From positions 64,001-128,000 of the IMG/VR virus record IMGVR_UViG_3300046787_000675: DNA of 64,000 nt; one strand, given 5' to 3'. Below the pieces are notes generated by a model that did not search any database, had not been told where the DNA came from, and worked only from the letters and a program-made list of their open reading frames with translations. Each line of letters opens with the position of its first letter. Position 1 is the first letter of the stretch. Shown here piece after piece: positions 8,755 through 16,921 of the stretch. Both the position numbers and the translations under genes were made by a program. The stretch comes from a virus.

Positions 8755-9823
8755 TTTTGATCCTTGTATTTAACCATTCGGTCATTTCTTTTTTAGTTTC
8801 TTCATAGTTATGTATTGTTTCATTAGCATAGTGTTCAACTAATTCCTGCAATACTTTTTCAAATAGACATAGATTATCCATATGGATAAGCTGAGTATCG
8901 TCTGACGGGTCTGGGTTATCTATACCGGGTAATTGTAATCCGCTTATAGTTCGATTAATAGCATTAAAAGAACATGTGAATAAATCACCATTATCCCCAT
9001 GATAAATATGTAACATAAGAGATGCAGAACAAAGTAATTTACCTTGAGCTAATGCCATGGTTAATTCTTTGGACTGTGTTGGTCTATTCTCTGTTACTTT
9101 TATCTCTTTTCCGGATGTAGTCGAATTATCATCTGCTTTCACAGCTAAAGGTCCGTCTACAGCTGCAACAATAGTGAAATTAGTTGTTTTGATATATCGG
9201 TCGGTCTCTGCCCGGAATAATAACCATGTCAGCATCTCTGCCTCAATACCCTGATGTGATGCTTCGTCTGTATCTACAAGGCTTATTTTATTGTAAGCTT
9301 CGTTGTAAGACGTAAAGAAAAACATATTATCAAAAGATTCACTCAATAAATAAGAAACACTATCTGCTGTCTTTTCTGATGTAGTACAGATAAAGGCTTC
9401 TCCTCTCGAAGGAAATAAAAGCACAGTTACTGTTTTTACTTTTACAGGGGCATCTTTCTCTAATGTTTCTCTTACAGACTCTTTTATCTGTTTTAATTTA
9501 CTCTTAGATACATAAGATACATTGAATTCTTTTTTGAATCCTTCTTCTTGACGTTTAACTAATGCATCCATAGTCCCTTTATCAATCTGTTTTTCTACTG
9601 AGACAAACAGAAAGTTCAAACATCCGCCTATTTCTGTTTTGTCCTCTGTAAATTCGACATCACCAGGGAATGATGCAGACCATCCGCAACCTTCTTTTGT
9701 GATATCTTCTTTTCCGTGTTTTTTTAGTGCCTCGATTATACTTTCAGTATCAGTATATGAGGGAGTCCATCTATAATGGCTGTATCCTATTTTAGGGTAC
9801 TTGTCTTGTGTTTTCTTTCTCAT
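8744..9823 (-). CDS. rdgC: RdgC-like recombination-associated DNA-binding protein
   Basis: GCGW; EKQIDKGTMDALVKRQEE...VSKSKLKQIKESVRETL..DAP; TTSEKTADSVSYLLSESF; LTWLLFR; ALAQGKL. Confidence 0.7.
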   Translation of the reverse strand: MRKKTQDKYPKIGYSHYRWTPSYTDTESIIEALKKHGKEDITKEGCGWSASFPGDVEFTEDKTEIGGCLNFLFVSVEKQIDKGTMDALVKRQEEGFKKEFNVSYVSKSKLKQIKESVRETLEKDAPVKVKTVTVLLFPSRGEAFICTTSEKTADSVSYLLSESFDNMFFFTSYNEAYNKISLVDTDEASHQGIEAEMLTWLLFRAETDRYIKTTNFTIVAAVDGPLAVKADDNSTTSGKEIKVTENRPTQSKELTMALAQGKLLCSASLMLHIYHGDNGDLFTCSFNAINRTISGLQLPGIDNPDPSDDTQLIHMDNLCLFEKVLQELVEHYANETIHNYEETKKEMTEWLNTRIKNEQ

Positions 9824-9829
9824 GTTTAC

Positions 9830-9940
9830 TCACTTTTTTGTTTTTGACCATATTACGTGCATATACACCGTAAATACAAGCAACGGATAAAAAATAAAGA
9901 AAGCAAGTATATGTAACACAATGAATAAATAATTGACCAT
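9830..9940 (-). CDS. Small membrane protein, 36 aa (not in ORF track)
   Basis: MVNYLFIVLHILAFFIFYPLLVFTVYMHVIWSKTKK*: one hydrophobic helix and a basic tail; fills the intergenic gap. Confidence 0.55.
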   Translation of the reverse strand: MVNYLFIVLHILAFFIFYPLLVFTVYMHVIWSKTKK

Positions 9941-9971
9941 GTTTTTTTTACTTTCTTTATGCTTTTTATTT

Positions 9972-10175
9972 TTATAGTTGGATAAGATGACCATCTACTT
10001 TGATGGTATCTTTTTTATCACTGTCGAAGTCATCATAACTTATAGCTTTTACGGGTTTAAAATTCGTAATATTAAAAAATTGCTGGGTAAATTTTACTCC
10101 GTACTCTTTTTTAAATTTTTCCATTTTTATAATCCGTTTGTCAGTTATATCGGGAACTTCTTTCCAATCTATCAT
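9972..10175 (-). CDS. Hypothetical protein, 67 aa
   Basis: AAGGT RBS. Confidence 0.65.
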   Translation of the reverse strand: MIDWKEVPDITDKRIIKMEKFKKEYGVKFTQQFFNITNFKPVKAISYDDFDSDKKDTIKVDGHLIQL

Positions 10176-10201
10176 ATTTTTTACCTTTCTTTATGTTAAA
10201 T

Positions 10202-10232
10202 AAAAAACCAGCAGTTTTTACATTGCTGGTTT
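10202..10232 (-). terminator. Intrinsic terminator
   Basis: Minus strand AAACCAGCAA-TGTAAAAA-CTGCTGGTTTTTT after the YopX-like gene. Confidence 0.7.
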
Positions 10233-10236
10233 GTTG

Positions 10237-10821
10237 TTATATAGTATCTACAAAGATATTACCTATTTTTGTAGTTACAGCTGCATATAGAATAGAGATG
10301 CTTAAAGTAGCACATTGCCAGGCTTCTGGGGTTGTTGTTGACAATATCCATCGTTTATTATATCTATCGTAAACAACGTAATAATGCTCTTTATCAGAAT
10401 CCTCGACTATATCGCCATCGTACAACTCCTGTCCTTTCTTATCTCGTGCAAAGGAATTCTCCATAACAATAAACATGTTATCTAGTGGCATTATAAAATA
10501 ATACACACCGGCTATTACTGCTGTTTCGAATGAATGCCAGGAAGATGTATCTTCTCCTGCAGATGCAGGGATCAAAACTTTGTTACCCGATAATAACACC
10601 CCGTAATCCATTTTCTTATATTCCTTATCCCATAACCTGTATACAGCTACTCGATGAGGCATATATGCAGGTGTTTCCGGGAAAGGAAGATTATCTAAGT
10701 TTTCTTTTTTATACTTAGCGTAGTCATTTATAAGAGCATTAAATACAGGAGTGTTTTTTATCTTAGGTACATGAGCTGCGTGTACAATATCTTGTACTTT
10801 TTTACTCGTTGTACTAATCAT
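10237..10821 (-). CDS. YopX-family protein with N-terminal extension
   Basis: YRLWDKEYKKM, DKKGQELYDGDIV, terminal IGNIF. Confidence 0.8.
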   Translation of the reverse strand: MISTTSKKVQDIVHAAHVPKIKNTPVFNALINDYAKYKKENLDNLPFPETPAYMPHRVAVYRLWDKEYKKMDYGVLLSGNKVLIPASAGEDTSSWHSFETAVIAGVYYFIMPLDNMFIVMENSFARDKKGQELYDGDIVEDSDKEHYYVVYDRYNKRWILSTTTPEAWQCATLSISILYAAVTTKIGNIFVDTI

Positions 10822-10840
10822 TGCGAATACGTCTTCGTTT

Positions 10841-11662
10841 TTATTTTACAGTAACAAGATCTTCTGTTTTACATGAAGAGTATTCATCTAGTTTAGTAGG
10901 GAGATCAACAAACTTTAAAACACAAGTATCCTGAGGTTTGGTTTTTTCTGCTTTTACAACAGTCTCTGTTATAAAACTTACTTCCCATCCTTTTGTTCCT
11001 AGAATCGCGGTAAGAACAGATGCATAGAAAGCATATTGGACCTTCAATGTCTCCAGATATTCTTCTGATGTCGCTTTTAAAGAAACATAGATACTTAATT
11101 TATCGTCTTTCACATAATGGTGAATACAATCTACGATCATAGCTATAACACACGATTTTACTTCTGCAATATTAACTGTGTGTATAGTTACACCGTTACC
11201 CTCTTTTAATGCAGGCAAAGAATTAATTAGATTCTGTAACTGGTCGATGTTGTCTGCGGGTTCCCAGAGCTCTGTTTTATTATCTTTTGTACCTACGTCC
11301 GTTACATACGAATAACTACTCCAGGCTCGAATATTTTTACCGTAGTAGGATCCAATATTATCTGTTTGTTGTAATATCATGAGCTGTTCCGGATATAGTT
11401 TTTCACCTTTAACGTAAGCAGCTAAAGATGCCTCGTATTGGCTTTGTGTAGGGAGTTTATCTTCACTGTTTCCTAATACACGTAATAAACGCACGACTAG
11501 TTCGTGACCTAGAGATACAAAGCCTTTAGCTCCGTTTCTATATAATTCAGATAATTTTGTAGATCCATTGATATTCCACAACATTTCCCCTACTGCATCT
11601 ATGGCTGTCTGTTTAGACAGAGCTACACTCAATAAGCCATTTGTTGAATTTATTTTAATCAT
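10841..11662 (-). CDS. Thymidylate synthase (ThyA)-fold protein with degenerate active site
   Basis: GEMLWNINGST~ELLWFLxGxT; IGSYYGKNIRAW~LGPVYGKQWRAW; IDQLQNLINSL; YVKDDKLS~YVADGKLS; PCH, QRSxD, RR and HxY motifs absent. Confidence 0.7.
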   Translation of the reverse strand: MIKINSTNGLLSVALSKQTAIDAVGEMLWNINGSTKLSELYRNGAKGFVSLGHELVVRLLRVLGNSEDKLPTQSQYEASLAAYVKGEKLYPEQLMILQQTDNIGSYYGKNIRAWSSYSYVTDVGTKDNKTELWEPADNIDQLQNLINSLPALKEGNGVTIHTVNIAEVKSCVIAMIVDCIHHYVKDDKLSIYVSLKATSEEYLETLKVQYAFYASVLTAILGTKGWEVSFITETVVKAEKTKPQDTCVLKFVDLPTKLDEYSSCKTEDLVTVK

Positions 11663-11946
11663 TCCAGTTCCTTTTCTACTTTGTGTAAGCCGGTCTTTAA
11701 TTTTTTAATTTTTGATGCGGTATACACTTTATTGTTTGTGATTATAGGTATATACCCTATATGTTTGTTCAACATAGGTATATCTATTTTTTCTGCTCGA
11801 ATATAAAACGATGTTATAGTTGTTTCCGGATTATGTATTCCCCCTTCGGCTAATTGTTGTCGGAAAGAAGTGTCATCGGATAATGGATATAACTTTTTAC
11901 TTATCTCTACAAAGCTATTTACATAAGGTAGTTTATTAGTAGTCAT
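11659..11946 (-). CDS. Hypothetical protein, 95 aa
   Basis: GGAGG RBS; ATGA overlap with the next gene. Confidence 0.7.
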   Translation of the reverse strand: MTTNKLPYVNSFVEISKKLYPLSDDTSFRQQLAEGGIHNPETTITSFYIRAEKIDIPMLNKHIGYIPIITNNKVYTASKIKKLKTGLHKVEKELE

Positions 11947-11958
11947 GCTCTGTACCTC

Positions 11959-12660
11959 CTAATGTAACGGGTAAGAAATAATTTTATGTTTTGTACTCCA
12001 GCACTCTCGGCAATCCCCGCATACTCCTCCCTGTGTATAGGCCTTACATTCCTGTACGCCTTCTACATTTACTCCGGAGAAAAGTAAGTTAGGTATTCGT
12101 TGAAAATAAGAATACTGCTCTCTAGGATCTTTTCCAATAGTTGTAGCAGATAATCTTATTGTTAAATTCGACGGAATTGTATTACCGGAAGCTAAAAAAG
12201 CCTTAAGTATATTTACCTCTCGTGTAGGCAGCCAATGTCTTACTGTCGGCGTATTTCTAACCACAGACACTATCTTATACAAATGCTGAATACTTTGTAG
12301 GTCACCGGAATCATGCCATCTAAATACAGAGGTATCTTTACCCCTGGGGTTGTTTTTCTTGAAATTTATAAGAAAAGACATAGCAAATACCCAATAAGGC
12401 TTACTAATCGAAATTAGGCGCTTTTTATGGGCATTTACAGTGTTATCAAATACATACCTGCCTTTTAATGCATAGCATTTTGAACACACGCTGTTTTTTA
12501 CTTTCCTTAATTTACTTCCGGTTATGCAGTTTTTTGCTGATATTCCATAACCGTAACCCGGCATCTTAGATGGCTTAGATAAGCCTCCGACATATTCCCA
12601 TGCCGATTTTAGGTTTATGGTTTCCAGATCTAATTCTGTTTGTGTTTGTACTTCTATCAT
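11959..12660 (-). CDS. GP88-like phage protein (Cys cluster, radical-SAM-like fold)
   Basis: SKPSKMPG, C-x13-CxxCYA, FRWHDSGDL, HWLPTRE, NLTIRLS, C..CGDCRECW. Confidence 0.8.
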   Translation of the reverse strand: MIEVQTQTELDLETINLKSAWEYVGGLSKPSKMPGYGYGISAKNCITGSKLRKVKNSVCSKCYALKGRYVFDNTVNAHKKRLISISKPYWVFAMSFLINFKKNNPRGKDTSVFRWHDSGDLQSIQHLYKIVSVVRNTPTVRHWLPTREVNILKAFLASGNTIPSNLTIRLSATTIGKDPREQYSYFQRIPNLLFSGVNVEGVQECKAYTQGGVCGDCRECWSTKHKIISYPLH

Positions 12661-12745
12661 GTTCTTTTATCATATTACATATTTCCTTTTCTTTATGTTT
12701 ATTCTTTTTTATAATAACGCTTTTAGAGTCCCGTCGGACATATAA

Positions 12746-12772
12746 CCCGGGAAAAAACTAAATTTTCCCGGG
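12746..12772. terminator. Intergenic hairpin, possible terminator or operator
   Basis: CCCGGGAAAA-7nt-TTTTCCCGGG; weak U-tail. Confidence 0.45.
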
Positions 12773-12780
12773 CTACAGTT

Positions 12781-12954
12781 TTATCTAGATATACGTGCCA
12801 GCACCGATGTAGATAAGGTCATACTCAAATGCATCGGAAGAACATGTGTTCTATCTTTTTTATATCTATCAATAATTTTTTTATTGCGTTCAGGCAATAA
12901 ATCGATTTCATTTTTTAGTTCCCATTTATAAGGTAGAGTTATTTCGTTTTTCAT
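12781..12954 (-). CDS. Hypothetical 57-aa protein (start MKNEIT)
   Basis: AAGGA RBS before the ATG at 12954. Confidence 0.55.
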   Translation of the reverse strand: MKNEITLPYKWELKNEIDLLPERNKKIIDRYKKDRTHVLPMHLSMTLSTSVLARISR

Positions 12955-12965
12955 AATTTTTTTCC

Positions 12966-13073
12966 TTATTTTGTAAAAAGTAAAATTAAAAAAACCAACA
13001 GCGCTGCAAGCGCTAAATATCCCATGTAATAAAATGAGAATCCGAAGAGAAAACAAAGATATAGCTTTGTCAT
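12966..13073 (-). CDS. Small membrane protein, 35 aa (not in ORF track)
   Basis: AAAGGA RBS; MTKLYLCFLFGFSFYYMGYLALAALLVFLILLFTK*. Confidence 0.6.
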   Translation of the reverse strand: MTKLYLCFLFGFSFYYMGYLALAALLVFLILLFTK

Positions 13074-13125
13074 TTTGTATCCTTTAATTTATGCGCCTTT
13101 CGGCATTTTTTATTAATAGCAGTTT

Positions 13126-13710
13126 TTATGCTGTCGGAGACAACATAGACTGTAACTTTTCGGCTGCCTCATTACGCGAATCAAATGCTTCACTTACTAA
13201 GACATACGCTCTTTGTTTCCACCCCATAACCCGGAGGCGTTTTATGTCTTCTGCTTTATACACAGATTCTAACATAGATCTATGTACTGCAGCGGCAATA
13301 ATCCACCATTTCCCTTTATTACTCCATAGTTTGAGTTTTATATTGTTGGTAGGTTTAGGGGGCTCAGAAACTACAACAGCATTTTGTAGGTTTATTTTCT
13401 CTGGGGGATTTTTTAGTACGCCTTCTTTTAAGGTCGCAAATACAATTACCTCACCTTCAACTTCTACACCTACATAGAAATTACCCTCTGCTGATGGTCT
13501 GTAGTACTTCCAGTTATCTTTGACAACGGAAGCGACTTCCAGTGCTGCTTTGTAATCTTTGACTTCCAGACTTTCATCAAGAAGTCCGTAAACAAGGGCT
13601 TTCGCCTTATACTCTTGGGGGAGTATTTCCTTTAGTTTACTTACATATTGTTTAGGATTACTGCGGAAATTTAAACAAATTTCCTGTAGTTCTTTGATGT
13701 ATTTGGACAT
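13126..13710 (-). CDS. Hypothetical protein, 194 aa
   Basis: AAGGA RBS; two parts separated by a Pro-rich linker. Confidence 0.75.
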   Translation of the reverse strand: MSKYIKELQEICLNFRSNPKQYVSKLKEILPQEYKAKALVYGLLDESLEVKDYKAALEVASVVKDNWKYYRPSAEGNFYVGVEVEGEVIVFATLKEGVLKNPPEKINLQNAVVVSEPPKPTNNIKLKLWSNKGKWWIIAAAVHRSMLESVYKAEDIKRLRVMGWKQRAYVLVSEAFDSRNEAAEKLQSMLSPTA

Positions 13711-13751
13711 GTTAGTTCCTTTTTATTATATTACTTCGTTAAGGTGAAGTA

Positions 13752-13916
13752 TTACCTGCAGCGCCTCTTACAAGTTGAAGACGACATCTGCGAAGCCGAT
13801 TTTATATTATCTATAACAAGTGCATTAGATTTACATCTAGTGCACTTGGTAGGTGTTTTATTTACATACTCATAATTTTTACATTTAGAGCATGTATATC
13901 TATAAAGTGCACTCAT
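13752..13916 (-). CDS. 54-aa zinc-ribbon protein, FmdB-like (not in ORF track)
   Basis: MSALYRYTCSKCKNYEYVNKTPTKCTRCKSNALVIDNIKSASQMSSSTCKRRCR*: YxCxxC-x12-CxxC; start overlaps the end of the initiator-like gene. Confidence 0.75.
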   Translation of the reverse strand: MSALYRYTCSKCKNYEYVNKTPTKCTRCKSNALVIDNIKSASQMSSSTCKRRCR

Positions 13917-15195
13917 TTGAAAACTTCCTGCATAAGTATTCTAATCCTTTAGCTTTTATCGTATGTTTATCCTGCCAGAAATCATCATTCTCCACTACAT
14001 TTGCAATATAACGAACTAAGTCAGGCATAGGTGCAGAACTGCGTGTTAAATATTTATCTAGCAAAGAACAAATATATGCTTCCGGTTTTTTAATGGAAGA
14101 CGGCATTATTATCTTTTTACCGGTATATGTCTCCATATACCATATAAAGACATCAGACCGCGTTGTATACTTAGATAAAGCATTGACATCCTTTACAGTG
14201 TTAAGATATCGATTGGCGAGATAAGAATACGAAAGTTTGGTGTCTTTATTTCTGTCTAGGAAATTCTGTATAACTAAAGCAAAGATCTTATGTGCATTCT
14301 GCTCAATTAATTCACTGGAATTACCAAACTCTGAATATATAACCTGGGAAAGGTAATTATCTGTACTGTTTACCAGATATTCAAGAAGAGTATTATAGAT
14401 TTTTCCATCTACCGATATTTCTACAGGAGTCGAAATCATTTCCCTAGCAATTTGACTTAATTTTTCTCGTTGCGAGGATGTGTTAACATCTATAAAAAAT
14501 TTAGGTCTTGGAATCGTTTTCGATTCTACTCTTTTTTCTTTTTTAAGAATAATAGACTCTTTTTTAATTTTACTTGTAGCAGTTTTCTTGTTGCTATCGC
14601 AACAGATAGTAGTTACAGGTTCTTGTTCGGTACAGTTATTACGTGCATTTACAGGTGAATCTACTGTAACTGGATACTCTATATGTAATCCCTGCGGTAG
14701 GGTCTCTACAAAGGGTTTACTATATAGAGTAAGAGTGCGGACATTTTTGTCCTCACTAGATAGGACATTTGTGTCCTCACTAGATAGGACATTTTTGTCC
14801 GCAGTAAATTTTTTTTCTAAATTATTATCAACTAGTGCATTAGATAAATTATTTAAATAAGGTAACATGAACTTATAACAATGAAAAATATAACTGTTTG
14901 TCAGTCCTGCATACCCTTTTCTTCTCTGTCGATTGATTAGTTTTTTGGTACATAATTCCTGCACACATCTTCGTACAGTCCGCTGTGTTTTGTTTGTCAG
15001 TATACTTAATTTATTTATCGACGGGTAGCAGTTACCCAACGAGTCTATATTTTTCTGCAAGGCAGAGTAAACAAGTATTGTCGTCGACGATAATTTTAAT
15101 TCCGGATGCAGTAACCATTCAGGAAATTTATATTCTCGGAATTCTTTAGAGGGGTTTATATCGCCAGTGTATTCTTTTTTATCTGTGATATTCAT
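13900..15195 (-). CDS. HTH replication initiator-like protein
   Basis: LVYSAL..CYPSINKLS..QRTVRRCVQELCTKKLINRQRR..TNSY (phage replisome-organiser winged HTH), followed by internal DNA repeats. Confidence 0.75.
   Translation of the reverse strand: MNITDKKEYTGDINPSKEFREYKFPEWLLHPELKLSSTTILVYSALQKNIDSLGNCYPSINKLSILTNKTQRTVRRCVQELCTKKLINRQRRKGYAGLTNSYIFHCYKFMLPYLNNLSNALVDNNLEKKFTADKNVLSSEDTNVLSSEDKNVRTLTLYSKPFVETLPQGLHIEYPVTVDSPVNARNNCTEQEPVTTICCDSNKKTATSKIKKESIILKKEKRVESKTIPRPKFFIDVNTSSQREKLSQIAREMISTPVEISVDGKIYNTLLEYLVNSTDNYLSQVIYSEFGNSSELIEQNAHKIFALVIQNFLDRNKDTKLSYSYLANRYLNTVKDVNALSKYTTRSDVFIWYMETYTGKKIIMPSSIKKPEAYICSLLDKYLTRSSAPMPDLVRYIANVVENDDFWQDKHTIKAKGLEYLCRKFSNECTL
14736..14803. repeat. 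Three palindromic iteron-like boxes, 24-bp period; putative origin
   Basis: GGACATTT(T/G)TGTCC at 14739, 14763 and 14787 with identical TCACTAGATA spacers; AT-rich tract adjacent (14805-14860). Confidence 0.75.
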
Positions 15196-15201
15196 ATTTA
15201 C

Positions 15202-15813
15202 CTATTGCTTATTCAATTTCGATTCCAGGTAACTGTTTTTTGAACCTTTACCTAAAATTCGTTCTTGTTTTTTTATCTTTTCCTGTTTTCTATTTTCTCG
15301 TCTCTCTTTAAATAGATCAGACGCTGTATAGAAAGGATCCCATAGATATGTTTCTAGGCAGTTATTTTCGTATGCTTTATATGCCGCTAATAACGTTCCT
15401 AAAGCCTGCCAGCAATGTGTTGTTATACCTTTTAACTCAATACTATCTTTGCCGTATATTTTTATTACAGCTTGACGTATTGCAGCGTCATTGCCGGCAC
15501 CGCTATTAAGTAATAATTTTCTAACATTTAAACGCGATATACCTATAGGTGCTTTACCGACATTCTCAATAGATGACCAGAACCTGCCCACCCAAAAAGT
15601 AGTATCCAGCACCTCTTGTCCTACAGATCCATATGCCACTATAGATTCAAATACGACTGTAGAAGCATTGTTGTCTTTTAATACGGTCAACATCTCATCG
15701 TTTTTAATTTGCGTTGACCATAATACTTTTGGAGGGTTATACGCTGTATCTACACAAACTGCTGCACTTTTAAAACAGCCGGCATCCACACCTATAAGTA
15801 TCGCGTTTTTCAT
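15202..15813 (-). CDS. RuvC-like Holliday junction resolvase
   Basis: LIGVDAG, VVFES, GRF, NDAAIRQAV, HCWQAL: RNase H/RuvC motif order. Confidence 0.65.
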   Translation of the reverse strand: MKNAILIGVDAGCFKSAAVCVDTAYNPPKVLWSTQIKNDEMLTVLKDNNASTVVFESIVAYGSVGQEVLDTTFWVGRFWSSIENVGKAPIGISRLNVRKLLLNSGAGNDAAIRQAVIKIYGKDSIELKGITTHCWQALGTLLAAYKAYENNCLETYLWDPFYTASDLFKERRENRKQEKIKKQERILGKGSKNSYLESKLNKQ

Positions 15814-15817
15814 ATTA

Positions 15818-16921
15818 TTATGTCAACATGTTATTGATTGCAGCTTTTGCCTTTTCCAACTTTGCGCACACGTCTTCGTAATCTTTTACAGGTACGCCGC
15901 GAGGAATCTTGGCAATGCAGCTGTCTAGCATAGCAAGATAACCGTCTTGACATGCAGCCAACATTTTTAATTTCTCCTGTACAGTAGCTACATCAAGTAA
16001 TTCATAAGGAGCAGGAACACACACCCACCCTTTTTCGATTAATTTATTTGCAGAGTTTATTTCTGCTTTTGACGGAGGATTTTTTGTATCGAAAACAGGC
16101 GTTATTTTAATTTGCCCTGTGCTGTCTTTTGTTATTTCCGGAGAACAAACTGCTTCCATTACACGAGAAACTTTTTCCTTTAGTGTACTTTCTTCCTGTG
16201 TACTCTCTTCTTGTGTACTCTCTTCGAGAAGAGTATCTTCCTCTTCTGTATAGATAAGATCCTCTTTTAATGCATTTTTTGGCGGAGGGGCTGCAGGTTC
16301 CATATCCATATCTGGAAGTATCATTACCGGAGGAGGTAGCATTTCTTCTTTTCTAGTTTCGCCTCTGACTCTTCTTGCTGTTTCCATTTTTTGTTCCTTT
16401 GTTTGTTTTGTTTTGAATATTTCTTTTATTTGGAGATAATCCTCTTTTACCAGCTTTACAGGGCTAACTGCTAATACTCGATAATCATCGTTTATTAGTA
16501 TGTCCATTTTGAAATCTGATATTATTCGACTATCTACATTGATACGATCTAGATCCCCTAATATATGGAAGGTAGGGATAACTTTTACAGGGAGTGTGTG
16601 TTTCTCGAACCGGATATTTGATTTACTGTACAGGAAGCAACCTTCGAGCGCAGTACTTTCCAGTAAAACACTATACAGTTTAGAAGGATTAATTATTTTT
16701 AGAGATGTCTCTATTCCTTCTGTATCTGCGTCAATTTCTCTGTAAACATACAACTCTATGTTATATTTCTTATCATCCGTTTCTACGGGTAATAATATTT
16801 TAAAAATACCTACCAAACTATTTTTATGGAAATCAAGATATACATCTTTAACTCGCTTGTCTACCTTAACTATTTTTAGAAATCTTGTCAAGGCAGGCAA
16901 ATCAAATTTACAGTACTTCAT
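15818..16921 (-). CDS. Hypothetical protein, 367 aa, with acidic repeat
   Basis: Globular N-terminus, Pro/Glu-rich linker. Confidence 0.75.
   Translation of the reverse strand: MKYCKFDLPALTRFLKIVKVDKRVKDVYLDFHKNSLVGIFKILLPVETDDKKYNIELYVYREIDADTEGIETSLKIINPSKLYSVLLESTALEGCFLYSKSNIRFEKHTLPVKVIPTFHILGDLDRINVDSRIISDFKMDILINDDYRVLAVSPVKLVKEDYLQIKEIFKTKQTKEQKMETARRVRGETRKEEMLPPPVMILPDMDMEPAAPPPKNALKEDLIYTEEEDTLLEESTQEESTQEESTLKEKVSRVMEAVCSPEITKDSTGQIKITPVFDTKNPPSKAEINSANKLIEKGWVCVPAPYELLDVATVQEKLKMLAACQDGYLAMLDSCIAKIPRGVPVKDYEDVCAKLEKAKAAINNMLT
16183..16225 (-). repeat. 15-bp in-frame tandem repeat (EESTQ x3)
   Basis: GTGTACT(C/T)TCTTC units at 15-bp period. Confidence 0.85.

Noticed and set aside
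12955-13056. N-terminal extension of track ORF 12781..13056
   Set aside because: Overlaps a better RBS-led membrane ORF in another frame; the ATG at 12954 has its own RBS.
14736-14803. 24-bp repeats as a mini CRISPR array
   Set aside because: Spacers are identical and only 10 bp, the repeats are in frame within a gene, and there are no cas genes.
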